Below, piece after piece: positions 26,900-41,029 of a stretch of DNA of 64,000 nt. The stretch's first letter is position 1. Each line of letters opens with the position of its first letter. The DNA is from Isurus oxyrinchus. Taxonomy: Eukaryota. The notes beneath the pieces were generated by a model. The model had not been told where the DNA came from. It saw only the letters and a program-made list of their open reading frames with translations, and did not search any database. Position numbers and translations under genes: made by a program. The stretch spans positions 8,990,001-9,054,000 of the forward strand of contig JANJGN010000035.1 in the NCBI GenBank assembly GCA_026770705.1. Reading direction: 5' to 3'.

Positions 26900-29561
26900 C
26901 TTATATGAGCGTGAAAGGGAGCTAGAGAGTTTGGAGTCACACCGGGGCTTAAAGGGAAGACAGAGGAGAGCGGGAAATGATGGAGTCACAGCGGAGCTTG
27001 AACAGACCTGCGAGGAGCGAAAATCGCGAGACATATGGCGGGGTTAATCCTTTGTATGTAGGTTCAAAGCACGCATTGTGAAACCAGAGTCGAGGTATAA
27101 CATCACACAGAAGCTGGTAGCTGATTTTTGAATCACTACTCCTCTTCTCTCAGCTCAGAAATTTCATTTGATTAAATGGAACTTTGCTTCAATTATAATA
27201 ATATAAGCACAAACAATGCTGGACACATTTATTTAAAAATAATTATTACTTAATTCTAACACACAAAGTGTCACAAGACAGTTGATGCATTCCGACATTG
27301 GTTCGCGCATTATCCTGGATTACAAATTGATATGGGCCAACACCTTCAGAAATATTTTTCTGGTGGTTCAGAACTTTGGTTAGATCTATTGAGCTGGAGG
27401 CTGAGGTACAGAAGCTTTAATGCTTCAGAGAGGGAGCAAGCTACTATGACAATGTATTCCAGAATACAGTCCCACAAATCAGGCTTAGTATTTCGGATTT
27501 GCATTGTGTTCAGGAACAACAAGGTGCAACAATGAAAGAGATAGGAATGGAAAATTAAAATATAATAGTTGATGCGCGCAGACATTAAAAACTTCCAACA
27601 AATCAAGTTTTTTTTGCCACTTGTATTATTGATAGTAGACTGGTGTTGGGGACATGGGGTGGAGGAGGTGGATGCGGATGCGACTGATGCAAGATTGATG
27701 ACCGAGCTTGTCATGGCACCGTGGCATTAAAAAGGCTTCCAGCGGTGGGATTGAATTTGAGTGTAGTTGTTGTGGAGGCTCAATAAGCAATGGACAAGAA
27801 AGAGTTCTTGTAGCTGAGAATGAGAGCCCGGAGAGTTCTGATGCTTTCAATTGTCAGTGTTTTGCGCAATTTGTGGGTGCTAGAAAGTGGCTTGAAATGG
27901 GGTTTGAAGTTGATTACGTAGGGGAAAACGACAGAGTTTTTGGAACCAGTTCTGAATAGGCAATAAGATCAGATGGGGCAAGATTCTGAAGGAAATCCTT
28001 AGAGGTTAGAACCTCTTAATTAATATCTGAGTCACAAGCAAATTCACATAGATACAATGTGACCAAGGAGTTCAATGCGTGGTTCAGTGAAAACTGTGGA
28101 AGAAATAGGTTCTAATTCATGGAACACTGGCACCAATACCAGAGATGATACCAGCTTCAGGTAAACCTTGCTGGAACTAATGAGATATATAACTGGGACG
28201 GTGGAACTAAGCTTCGTTTCAGTCTAAATGAAGGAGAAGATGTTCTGGGCAACCGGCATGTGCCGGAAAATGTGATAATTTAAAAGAAAAGGACAGTGTT
28301 AGACAGCGAGTTTGCCATGGGTACATTTGGAATAAAAATGTGGGAGGAAGGGTCGTTGCATAAAAAAAAAAAGGCACGATTGCAAGAGCAAGTGTTTGCA
28401 GTAACCCGGAAAAACAGTGAAGCAATCTGCAACTGTCTGTGCATGCCATTGCTAGCAAATCAATTGTCTTGTTTGGGGAAAAGTGCCGTTGATCATTTGT
28501 GTTCAGCTGAAAGTGGGCATTATCTATTTCAATCAGTCAGAGGAGAGGCTTAAGCGTATTGACTTCTTTGAAAAAGTACTTCACTGCAAGTGCATGTATA
28601 CAGCGATTTCCTGAGCAATGGGTATAAATACTTAACCAACAGCATCGATTTTATCTGTGGGCGATGTCCGCCACAGTCACAATACAAGCTTTCCGTTCTT
28701 AAAGCACATCTATTATGACTGTGCAGTTGTGCAAGCAATATGATCAGTCCAAAATTCTTGGTGGACATGTGCTGCAAGATATATATATAAAAGGTTAAAC
28801 AGTTTAATTGAGTCATTATCATACTAACAATTCAAAAACAAATCAACATTTGCTCACATATGTAAGCAATGCTGGAACGTGAATATTCAGAAGTAGTTGG
28901 CATATGGACGGAAAGGAAAATTGATAAAAATTGCTTTGTATTTTATCCATTAATTAAGTATGACATTAGTGCAAGAAGAATAGTTGCAATTAGTTCTCAA
29001 TAACATTGTGGAGAAACAGTTCAGTGCAGCAATAAGAAATAATACACTGGATAAGTCAGTTGTGGGAGAACTTTTAGGCCGTTTTTCAACTGCTGTAGTG
29101 GTTACACAGGAATAGATTTTTGGAGCTTCTAAGATAGAAATGCAATTACCATGGCATTAAAAAAAACTGCCCTAAAACGGATATTCACATCATATAATTA
29201 GACCGGAAGAGAAGCTCATAGAATGGTTTTTAGACACGTTTTTAGAGCAGCACGACGTGAATTAAAAGCGAATAAGGTATCCTGCACATGGTGCTGTGCA
29301 ATTATGCAGGGTTACCTAATGATCTCAAGCATGTTCAAACTTTATTTTTATTTTTATGGAAGGGAGTGATCTGTCATTGGCTGCTGTTTTAAACTTAATT
29401 GAGGCAATTACAAGGCTGTGAAGACGGACCTAACTAAAGTGAACTGCGGAAATACCTTAAATTGTAGGTCAATAGAAATCCAGTGAAAGACAATTGAGTG
29501 AATGAATTTATTATTCATAAAGTCTTTGATTAAGAAAGGTTATTTGGAACATTGCAAATAT
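26900..29561 (+). mobile_element. CR1 5' part (5'UTR, SGNH-esterase ORF1, ORF2 start), truncated at the duplication junction
   Basis: ORF1 remnants IELEAEVQ, DYVGEND (cf. VHVGTND) and EFNAWFSENCGRNRF*FMEHWHQY; ORF2 linker GNYKAVKTDLTKVN. Confidence 0.65.
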
Positions 29562-31245
29562 AGCGTGAAATCCGATATGATCTGGTAAAAGTCGGCAAAC
29601 TAAACTTATATTGGTTACTACGAGTCGTGAAACATGTGGAACATTAACCAGCTATAGATGTTACACATACGTCCCTTTCTGCAATGATGGGAGAGCATAA
29701 CAGACAAGTACGGAATGCAACGCTGAAGCATTTGCCACCATTTTCAGCCAGAAGTCCGGAGTGGATGATGCATCATGAACTTTTCATGAGGTCTGCAGCT
29801 TCAGAGATGACAAACGTTAGCAAACTCGATTCACTCCACCTGATAGTAAGAGACAGCTGAAAAAAAAAAACTGGATACTGCAAAGGTTTTGGCACTGATA
29901 ATGTTCTGGCATTAGCCCTGAGCAATTGTGCTCCAGAAATTGCTGCCCACCTGTCCAAGCTTTTCCAATATAGCTATATCACTAGCATCCACACAATTTG
30001 CCAAGGTACGATCTCTCCACAAGGACATAGCAGTGTATTTAACTCGGAAAATGACAATTCTGTCAGTCCACTCTCGATAACCAGCAAAGTGATGGAAATA
30101 GCCTTCGGCAGTGCTATCAGGTGTTTCATACTCAGGTGTAATCTGCTCACTCATGTTCAGGTTGGGACCCAGTGCGATGATCTCCAATGTAAGGTTCATA
30201 ACTATATCAAAGGCAGGCAGTTGTGGTTGTTTGAGCTGAATACTTTCCATTCCAGTACATCACTGCACGGGTTTTTTCAGGGTAATGCACCAGCCCCAAT
30301 TATATCTCGTTGATTCATCAATGAATATGCCTTTATTATGAGGTCAGAGTGGGGATGTTAATTGACGATTGCAGAATGTTCAGCACCATAATCCATTTCA
30401 TCGGCCCAAAACGAATCCAGGTGCCTATGTCAGGAGAACGAGAGAAATTTCTGGCAAATACCATTCGCACCTCCCATGTGCCAGACAATGACATCTCCAA
30501 AAAGGCAGGAACAAACTATCTCCCCTTCAAATTCAATGGCATCAATTTCAAAAACAAAAACACCGCTATCGACATTCTCGGGGTTAGAATTGATTCAGAA
30601 ACTGAAAAGGACCATCTACATAAATGCAGCTGCAACAAAGAAAGATCAGAGTAGGGAAGCTCCGCAGACATTTACTCAAAGCCTGGACCACATTGCGTAT
30701 ACAACATTCAAATTGTTCAAGACAAGCGTGTGTTGGAATAGTTTCCACTTGTCTTAATGAGTGCAGCTCCAACAACACTCAAGAATTTCGAAACATCCAA
30801 GACAAAGAAGATGGTGTGGTGAAACGCCATCAACCAAATAAAACAAGCAGGCACTACACAATTGCCGCACAGTGGCAACAGTGAGTACAATCTCTCAGAT
30901 GCACTGAGCCAACTTGCTAATTTAATTCTCGACAACTCTTCCCAAACCAAATAAATCTACCACCTAGATGGAGAAGCATAGCAGATGAATTGGAATAGCA
31001 CCAGCTGCAAGTCGTTTTCCTGGCTGCATGTCATCTTGACTTCGAGATATATTACATTACTTTCACTGGCGTTGAGTCAGAATTTTGGATAATACATCCC
31101 TAACAACAATATGGGTGTAGCTACAACACATGCACTGCATCTGTTAAAAATTGTGGCTCATCAATACCCTCGGAATGACAATTATGGATACAAAAGATAA
31201 TCACTGGTCATTCCAGCGACAGCCAGATCTTGTGAATGAATGAAA
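29562..31245 (+). mobile_element. L2/CR1-group LINE 3' half (duplication copy 2)
   Basis: EAFATIFSQKSGVDD, CAPEIAAHLSKLFQYSY and MLIDDCRMFST motifs. Confidence 0.75.
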
Positions 31246-32984
31246 AAAAAACTAAATTAAAATTAACAACACACCAGCAGTCAGGACAAAGCAACCCGCT
31301 TGCCTTTTAGCACATGCAGAAGTATTCACTACAACCACCGAAGCACAGTGACAGCCGATTGTAACATCAGTGGATGAAATATATGCACTATAGATGCTCA
31401 TCAACGCTTCTTAGCAATTTGGACATCCGTGGTTTCCAAATTCTGGAAAGCATACGGTAGCAAATGTATTTAAGCACGGAGGCTGGACATCCATTCCGAA
31501 GCCACCCAACATCTTGACATTGAAACATATCACTATTGCTTCACTGCTGCGTGGTCAAATACTCAAACACTCACCTAACAGCACTGTTTTTTATACCAAC
31601 AGCAGCGTTTCAAGATGGCAGCTCACCACGATGTGAAACTAAGATTGGGCAATAAATTTTGCCCTGGCCAAAGATTTCCAACTCCCTTTAATGAACTTGT
31701 TTAAAGTTGCTTGCAAAGTGCGCTTGCCTCTTGTTTCCTCCTGCAAGTTTCCATTTTTTCCCTGCCTTGTTAATGCCTCCTGCCCCCTTAATCTCTGGTG
31801 AAAACAATTTCACTGTTCTTAATTCTGTATTTCGATTCACTTCATTTATAATTATCTGTCTGTATGGAACAATAGTGTTGCTTGCTCCAAGGAGAATTTT
31901 AAAAAAACGCAACACTTAAGTGTCTTGAAAAAAATGTACACTGAGCCCACCAACGTAAACAACTCATATCTTAAAACAGCTTTCCAAATTTATCCTCAGG
32001 ATGACATTAGGCTTTACCTTTTGTTATGTCACAAAGGCTGTACTGGAATTAGCCTGAAAAAAATGTTGATTACCGGAAGTAATAAACTTTTAATTACAGC
32101 GAGTTGCATTCTTCCTTCTCTACAGACTTGTAAATCCCAAACAACCTGTTCGAAGCCTAAACAGCCATTCATCCCTACCTACTACGAATATGCCCCTGTG
32201 CCATCACACACGTTTATGCTGGGATCCGCTCGCCATTTCATGAATTGACGCCATTAAATGGCAAATTAGTTAGAACTTTAGTGACATTTTATACTCAGCC
32301 TCAACTTTGCAGCTTGTGGGAGAACTTCAGCGGCGGGCCTATGCCGTAAAATTAGCCATCTTCAAGGCCGTTAGCTAGAAGAGAAGAATTGACAGGGAGT
32401 TGTCTCACAAACCCATCACTGCTTAATACCGAGGGACAAGAAAAGTTTCTGGAACCTGTGGACTCTCCCTACCACCGACTCGCTGCCCCCTAGTACCCCA
32501 CCTCAATAACCACCTTTTTTCACAATCCAGCCATGTCTCTCTACCGGTACTGCAACCCTGCCTTTCCACCACCCAGGCTCACATCCCAACACAGGCTGAA
32601 CATTACACAACTTACCTATTCCAGGACTCTCGGGACATTCACACTATGGAGGGGTTGCAGTCCCAGTGTTATCCACTGCCGTTTATGGTGCTGCAGGGGC
32701 GAGAGAACAGCTGGCCAGTTCTAAGGTGGGATATCCTCCCAGGACTGTTGCGGAAACCCGAACAGAAGTCAATTATTGATTTTTGAGAGCGTTAAAAGAC
32801 TGCAGACATGGCAGTGACCCCTGTGGTATGTTTTCTGCTAATTATTCGGATGGTGGGAAGGGAAATCCCACTATTACCCACTTAAAGTAGGTCGAAGACA
32901 TTGAGCATTGCAAATAAAAGACAGTATCATAGTAAATTGAACGGTGTCGTTCTCTTTTCTTAAACAATGAAAAATAGGATCAGC

Positions 32985-34960
32985 AGTAGGTCTTACACAT
33001 CTCCCAGTCCGCTGCAGCGTTTAATGAGATCAGGGCTCATCCTCGCTTCTTGCACAATTTGGCTCCACTATCCCTGCATCCTTTGATGATTTTACTATGT
33101 AGAATTCTATCGAGCTCAGGCGTGAAGAAACACAGCGGCAGAGACTCCACAATCCTGAGGTCAGATAATTCAAATTGTTCAGAAGCCTCTGAAGGATGGA
33201 TTTCCACCAATCTTACTCCTAAATGATCTGCCCTTTATTGTGAATATATGTCCACCTGTTCTAGAACACTCAGCATGGGGCAACACTCTTGCTGCATCTA
33301 CCCTGATGAATGCATTATACATATTTCTCTAATGCAAACTTTCATTCTTCAAACCTACAGAAAATTAGTCTATTTAATTTTCCTCATAGGACATACTGTC
33401 CTTTCCTAACATTATTTTGGTAAGCCAACACTGCATTCCTGCTCTGGCATGTGCATCTTTCCTGTTGTAGAAATTTCAAAACTGCACGCAATGCTCAGGG
33501 CATGATGTCACTAATGTTCTATAGAATTGCAGTAAAACATCTTTACTACTATGGCCAAATTCTCTTGTTGTAAAGGTCAACATATCAAATGTCGTATTAA
33601 CTGCTTGCTTTACATGCATGTTTTCTTTCAGTGCCTCATAAACAAGAATGGCCAGGTCCCATTGAAGTTCAAAGCTTCCCATCCTCTCCCCAAATGAGAA
33701 CTATACTATATTCCAATTTTTGTTACTAAAGTGGATAACCACATTTTCCACACTATGTTTGATCTTCCAATTGCTTGCCTACACACTTAGTCTGTTCGAA
33801 TTCCTTGAACTGTACTTGGATCCGCAACACAATTCAGCTTAGCAATTGATTTTGTGTCACCTAACGACGTGAACATATTTCATTTCATCCCGCCATCCAA
33901 ACCATTGGTATAGATGGCATATAATTTTGACAGAAGCATGGATACTTTCGAAAATCCATTAATCACAGTTTACAACCATGAAAATGGCCTAAATATTCGT
34001 ACTCACTTTCCTGTCAATGAACGAGTTCTCAACCCAGTGTCAGAATTGGACACTTCAATCCGATGTGTTATAATTTACCTTAGTCGGTGTTCCTTTCAAA
34101 TTTTTCTGAAAATTTAAATAAAAATGTATAGAATGATTCCCCTTACCTATTCTGCTCGTTACATCTTCAACATCTGCAATAGGTTTGTTAATCAATTTTT
34201 GTGTTTCATAACTCCATTTTGACTCTTGCCAATCACAATCGTACCCTTATGTTTTCGGTGTACTGATCCTTATCTCGAAAGCCTGCTCATTCAATCTTTT
34301 TAATGAAAGAGAGGCACCTAATCATTGAGAACTCTGCTACATCTTCAGCATCACGGCGCAAGTAACCATGTACAACTCTGCTCGATCCCAAAATTTGCAT
34401 AGTTATTCTTTTGGAGCTATTTCACTGGCATAATATCTTTGGGCTTTATTTGATTTTATCCGACAATATATTTCACTGCATCTCTACTTTCCAAATTAGC
34501 TTCTTTTTATTTCACCCCTGACGGTCCTCTACTCCTAACTTTTCGATGTACTTATATTTGTGATTCACTGTCACACATTCCCGTTCTTGAACACTGACCA
34601 AATCAGAGAACACAGACCTAACAGGTCTGATTGCCTTCTGGTACTAAGTGACCAGGTAACATTCGACTGTCTGGATATGCTACAATATCTGCAGTTCGGC
34701 CTCCAGATATTTAAATCTTATTCTAAGCCTGTCAATAAGCTCAGCATACTACCGATGTGGTTGCCATGGATAGCACTGACAAACATGAGCCTTAATTTTC
34801 TGCCGCCATGACACGTGAGCTGTCCTTTCATTTTATTTTTTTTTTTAATTACATTTATTTTTAAGTAAGTAATTAATAGTTCCCAAGTTCAGAAATCTTC
34901 AGTAATCAACAAACCCACAACTTAACACTGCGCATAATAAGCAGCAGTGCAGACACTATG
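32985..34960 (-). mobile_element. Internally deleted CR1, copy 2
   Basis: ORF 33476-33682 (DVLLQFYRTLVTSCPEHCVQF); paralog of 23230-25200. Confidence 0.75.
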
Positions 34961-36599
34961 TTTCATGCAGTTCGAGAGGTGTAACAGGGAAAGCACATTT
35001 CTTCTACTGTGAGAATTTTCAGCAAGGGATAGAACCAGACGGCTAGCGAAGGGTAGTAAAGAGATCATTAATGCAGGCACTTCTGGGCACAATGTGATTC
35101 AAATCTAGGGGAATTTTCACCCGGAATTTGTGTGCCATCTATTTCGATTAGAAACCAGGTATCTGGTGCAATGAAATAGGGGTGCGGTTTAGGGTGTAGA
35201 ATAATCTAAGTGTTACTTTAGATTAGATGATTGACTGGAAAACTCGGTTCACTGGATGAAATTGTCCTTTCTTGTATATTTCTACCATGTTAAAAAAATG
35301 TCACACCTTCATAGCGATGGAATAAGCCTAATAGTTCGGAAGATATCATCAGTATGAAACGAAAAATGTTAAATCTCTGAACGTGTTAATTCAGATAGCT
35401 CAGTGGTTACATTACTCTGGGTGACTTTTGTTCCTTACATAAACTGAAAGTAGTCACTGCTTTTTGCAAGCCTTTTCCATTTACGTTCTGTTAATGAACA
35501 ACTTTACTGTGTAGGTACTGAGTGAATCCACCCACAGAAGAAGGTTTATATTTGCTGTGATTATATCGCAGTTTGAAGTGGCAATTCAATGCATTCTTCA
35601 ATGTCATATAAAGGATTAAAAACTGATGTGAAATAGCAAGGAAAAATAAGGCTCATCTTTCAGTTTTTTAATGATCTAAATGGTGCAGGGTTCTCTACAG
35701 ATCGGACTCAGCAGAGACCGTCTGTACATGTAAGACCAAAGGTCCTTTTTTTATTTTGATCCTGCATAATTGACCTTTCACCAGGGTGTGTACAGTGAAT
35801 AACATAAAGCGTAACAATAAGTTCCACAGAAAATTTGAAGGTGTCTAAACACTAGACTAACTTTAGAGCTGGAATTTACCATGAACAATCATTTTGTTTT
35901 GATCTAAAGGAGCGGAGCTGATTATCCGTGTAGCAGTTTATAGTATATGAACAGTTCAGGTTTCCCTTCAAATTAATTCATCTGATGTGGGTGTCTTTGG
36001 CTAGGCCAAGATTAATTGTCCATTCCTAACTGGCGTTGAGATTTTGCTGTTGATTTACCTTCTTGAACCGCTGCATCCATGTAGTGTAGGTACACCGACA
36101 GAGCTGTTAGCGAGTGTGAAGCAGGAATTTGAATCAGCGGCAGTGACGAAAAGGCAACATATATAAAATTCTGTGCATTGAGTGGCAGGGAGGGTAACTT
36201 CCTGGTTGCGGCATCCCCGTTTTTCTGCTGCCCTTGTCTTTCTAGATCGTAGCAGATGTGTGTTCAGAAGGTGCTGCCTAAGGTATTGAACCTCTTGAAG
36301 TCTTTGATTATTATCATTTTAAAGAGATCATATTGTTAATACCATTGACAGGTATTGATCAGCTATCACAAGTTTATGTAGAAAGAATGAATTATTATGC
36401 TCATGATGTAGTGCAACAGTGGCGATGTTTATTCGCCGAGTTGTTCCATTTTGCGTAGGACAATTAGTTCCAATACAGTGAAAGTAAATAAATCTTGAAC
36501 GCTGTGTGGACCTGGCCTGCGAAATGGTACCACCAATTTCACAACACAGAAAGAGACAAATGTATACCCTTCGGAGACACAGCGGCACTTAGATAAGCA

Positions 36600-39500
36600 T
36601 GAAAGAGTGCAAGAGATTTTGGAGTCACAGCAGGGCTTAAAGGGAAGACAGAGCAGAGCAGAAATAATGGATTTACAGCGGAGCTTCAACGGGCCTGCGA
36701 GGAGCGAAAATCGTGGGACATGCAGTGCGGTTAGCCCATTGTATGTAGATTCAAAGTCCACATTGTGAAACCAGAGTCCTGGTATGACATCAGCGGGAAG
36801 CGGTTAACTGATTTTTGAATCAGTATTCCCTACTCATCTTATCTTAGCTCGGAAATTTCAGTTGGTTAAATGGAACATTGTTTCAATTATAACAACACAA
36901 GCACAAACAAGGCTAGACACATTTTTTAAAAAAAAGAACAATAATTACTTAATTCAAACACACAAAGTGTCACAGGACAGTTGATGCTCTCTGACATCAG
37001 TATGTGCGTTATCCTGGATTACAATTTGATATGGGCAACAGCTTCAGAAATAAGTTTCTTCTGCTTCAGGAACTTGGCATAGAACTATTGAGCTGGACGC
37101 TGAGGTAGTGAAACGGTAATGGCTCAGGAAGTAGGTAAGCTACTGTGACAGTTTATGCCAGAACACAGTCACAACAATCAGGCTTGGGATTCCGGATTTG
37201 CTGTTTGTTCAGGAACAAGAGGATGTAATAATGAAAGAGATAGCTATGGAGAATTAAAATATAACAGTTGGAGAGCTCAGTCATTGTAAATTTCCAACAA
37301 ATCAAGTTTCCTGCGACTTGTACATTTGATAGATGAGTGTGGTTGGGGACGTGGCGGTTCAGGTGGTGGGTGCTGAGGGTGCGGAAGCGGTTGATGCAAG
37401 ATTGATGACCGAGCTTGTCATGGAACTATGGCATGAGAAATGCTTCTAGCGGTGTCAATGAATAATGGTGTACTTGTCGTGGAGACACGATAGTCAATGG
37501 ACTACAAAGGCTTCTTCTGGCTGAGAAAGAGAGCCAAGATAGTTCTGTTGCTATCAACTGACAGTCTTTTGCAGATATTTTAGCTGCTGGAAAGTGGCTA
37601 GAATTGGGCATGGACGTAGAATACATAGGCACGAACGACAGGGCCAGTATTTGAAAGAAGGAACTTAATAGGGAATACGATCAGTTAGGGCAGAATACTG
37701 AAGGAAACCCCTACAGGTTAGAACCACTTAATTAATATCTGAGTCACAACCAAACTGATATTGTTACAACAAGACCAGGGAGTTAATTGCGTGGTTCAGT
37801 GACAACTGTGGGAGAATTGTGTTTTAATTCATGGAACTCTGGCACCAATACCAGAGATATTGGGACCTGTGCCTCTGGACAGGCTTCAGGTAAACCTTGC
37901 AGGAAATGGTCTCCTGGTGAGACTTATAACTGGGACGTTGGAAGTAAGAATTATTTCAGTCCAAATGATGGAGAAGTTGTTCTGGGCGACCGTCACTTGT
38001 GGAAAAGTGTGGTAAATAAAAAGAAAAGAGACAATGTAAAACAGCTAATTTGCCCAAGGTATATTTGGAATGATAATGTGAGAGAAAGGTTCTGTGCATA
38101 AAAAAATGTACGATTGCAAAAGGAAGTGTGTGCAGAAACCCGAAAAAAAATACTGAAGGAAGCAATCTACAACTGCCTGCACATGCCACTGCTAAAAAAA
38201 AACAATTGTCTTGGTTTTGGGAAAGATGGTGCTCATCGTTGGTGTTAAGCTGAAAGTGGGTATTATTTATTTCAAGCAGACAGATGATAGGCGTAAGTGT
38301 ATTGATATCTTTGAAAAACTTCTTCACAGCAGTTGCATGTATGCAGCAAATTCCTCGGCAAGAGGCATAAATACCTAACCAACGGCCTCAATGTTAACTG
38401 TGGGCGTTGTCTGCCACAGTCACAATACAAACTTTTCTTTCTTAAAGCACCACTTTCATGACAGCGCCGATGGGCAAGCAATATGGTCAATTCAAACTTC
38501 TTGGTGCACAGCAATATAAAACTTAAACAGTTTAACTGAATCAATATCCTATTACCCCTTCAAAAAAACAAATCCACATGTTTGCTCAGATGTGTAAGCA
38601 ATGCTGGAACGTAAATATTCAACAGGAATTGGCATTTTGGAAGGACAGGAAAACTGAAAAAAATTGTTTTGAATTTGATCATTTAATTAAGTATTGCAAT
38701 AGTGCAACAAGAATAGTTGCATTTAGTTCTCAGTATGAATGTGGAGAAACAGTACAGGGCAGCAGTAAGACATAATAAACTGGATAAATCAGTTGCGGGA
38801 ATAGTTTTAGGCTGTTGTGCAACTGCTAAGTCGTGTACACATGCATAGAATGTCGGAGCTTCTAAGAGAGAAATGCAATTAACATGGCATTAAAAAAAAA
38901 ACCCTGCACTAAAATGGACATTTACATCAGAGAAGTAGACCGGAAGAGAAGCAAATATAATGGTTTCTAGAAACGTTATTAGAGCAGCACAACGTGCGGT
39001 AAAACAGAAAATATGTTGCTGATGTGCAATTATGCAGGATTACCCAATGATCTCAAAATCGTCATAGCACGATCAAATGTTATGTTCAATTTTATGGAAG
39101 GAAAGGCTTTGTCAATGGCTACTCTTTTATACTTAATCGAGGCAATTACAACTCTGTGAAGACAGACCTAACTAAAGTGAACTGCGAAAATAGGTTAAAT
39201 TGTAGGTCCATAGAAATCCAGTGAAAGACAATTGAGTGAAATATTTTGTTATTCATATAGGCATATTCGATTGTGTAAGAAAGGTTATTTGCAACATAGA
39301 AAATATATCTCATCTGTTCAAAAACTGATGGAGACAGAAAGCAGTTAGGATTTGGGCAGTTTGCCAAAAGCCTGTCACTGCGATAACAAATTTATATAAT
39401 GAATGAGCTTATAGCTGGGAACTTACATCATCCTAATGGATTTACCAGGTCAGTAGGATTATACGAAATTGAAATAATTTACTTTGGAATTGCTTAGACT

Positions 39501-40130
39501 CCTTTGCGCAATTAACGACTAATGTGGTTAAAGGAGAACATGTAGATCCTGTGAAATATGACTTCCAGAAGGTGACTGATATTGTGACACTCCAAAGTTC
39601 ACCACAGAAAACAGCGAGCTCATGGGTCAGAGAAAATAGGCAGAGAGTATCTTTGGTTAATGGAACTAGCGGAATGCTGCGTGGTTAAGTTCTCTACTCT
39701 CAATTATTCACAGTCCACATCAACGGCTTGGATGTAGGGAAAGAATGCATGCTATCTAAATGTGACGATTATACAAAGACAGGCATCAAAATACGTTACA
39801 AAGCTACAGTTAGATTTGGAAAGGGTTTAGTGAAGGCAATGGGCAGAGCTTTGGCAGATTGGGCACAACGTGAAAAAAAATAACCTATTTTCACAGAGAA
39901 TGGAACAACAGAATAATATGTATCTAGGTAGATGAAGTAAAGCACGAAGGGAAAGGCCATACTGATAAATGAATCATAAATATGTTAGTACGCGGATACA
40001 CAGGAAGATTGCAGGGCAGATGGAATGGGGAAATTTACTGAAAATGGGATGAAAACATGAAACAAGGGTATTGCTGCAGCTGCACAGTGTCTGGGTGGGA
40101 CCACATCTGCAACAATGTTTACCTTGTATT
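36600..40130 (+). mobile_element. CR1 element (ORF1 and ORF2), continuing past the end of the duplication into RT
   Basis: Paralog of 26900-29561, plus downstream YDFQKVTD (cf. YMDFQKAFD, ~39556) and QLFTVHINGLD..SKCDDYTK (cf. QLFTIYINDLD..SKFADDTK, ~39700-39778). Confidence 0.7.
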
Positions 40131-41029
40131 AAAAAAAAAATGGGTTAGCAATCTTCTTTATGATGGCTGGTTAGAAAAAAAAATGCGAAGTGGACAGGGC
40201 TCGCATTCAACCAAAACTGCCTGTTCCGCAGCGGATTAACGCTCCAACGAGCCTAACTTGGCTGCACGTGGATCCTTCGCCCCTCAGTCGTGAGCCAATA
40301 TGCCTGAGAGTTACCGCAGTCTGCAACAATCTTGTCCCTGCAGCTCCAAGTGCTGCCGTGGACAGAACGGTTATTGCATGCAGTCGCCGGAGCTGAAGTT
40401 CTGGATTTAACTGGAGGTATGTTTTGGGTTTATAGGGGCGGGGAGGGATGGGGCGGCTTGCGACTTTTGGTAGAGCTGCTTGGCCGGTGTACAACGGTGG
40501 ACGGCGGCCGAGCAGGAAACTGACCGTCAGGAGTAAGCAACACAAATTAAAAGTATTCTCCTCATGAAGAATTCCAACCTCCCCAACTGCAGCCGCAGGC
40601 GGAGCCTGAATATGTAGGAACATAGCGAAAACCAGTGAAGCCCTCTGGCCATCCTAAAATTTGAGAGTGGGTGGGACCGACATTAGGTGGTGACTAACTG
40701 GAGATTTAAGGCCTCAACTGGGGCAGCATTGAACGCTCACCAGCCCCAGCATGAAACTTCAGAAAGCTTGGTGTGGGAGGGGACTGAGCGGTAAATCTAT
40801 CTGTGGAAATTTGCAATCAGCTAGGCCCGTCAGCGGGGCAGCATATAACAGACACCATAATTGTGTTCGAAGTAGTTCAGCGAAGGCATATCCCACGTAT
40901 TAAATTGATGGTGGTCTTACATTGTGAATAATTGGTGCACACACGGCTTGGCCTTTATGCGAGGTGGGAAAAAAATGTGACCTTGCACCATTGCCCTGCC
41001 TTTTTCCGTACCACTGAACATTGCTAATA

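Larger units (their letters stand above)
19803..29561 (+). repeat. Old tandem segmental duplication, copy 1 (~9.76 kb)
   Basis: Colinear with 29562-39305 throughout, e.g. ORF pairs 20330/30089, 24799/34560, and the regions at 26753-27047/36429-36761. Many substitutions and small indels. Confidence 0.92.
29562..39305 (+). repeat. Old tandem segmental duplication, copy 2
   Basis: Begins gcgtgaaatccgatatgatctggtaaaa (cf. 19803 cccttgaattccagtatgatcaggtcaaaa) and ends aagaaaggttatttgcaacat (cf. ~29532). Confidence 0.92.

Noticed and set aside
26841-27047. Charged 68-aa ORF
   Set aside because: It lies in the purine-rich CR1 5' region, and the frame is not preserved in the paralog at ~36530-36730.
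40150-40860. GC-richer stretch with a 138-aa minus-strand ORF
   Set aside because: No domain or splice support; resembles shark non-autonomous repeat sequence (cf. 22470-23130) that I could not classify.
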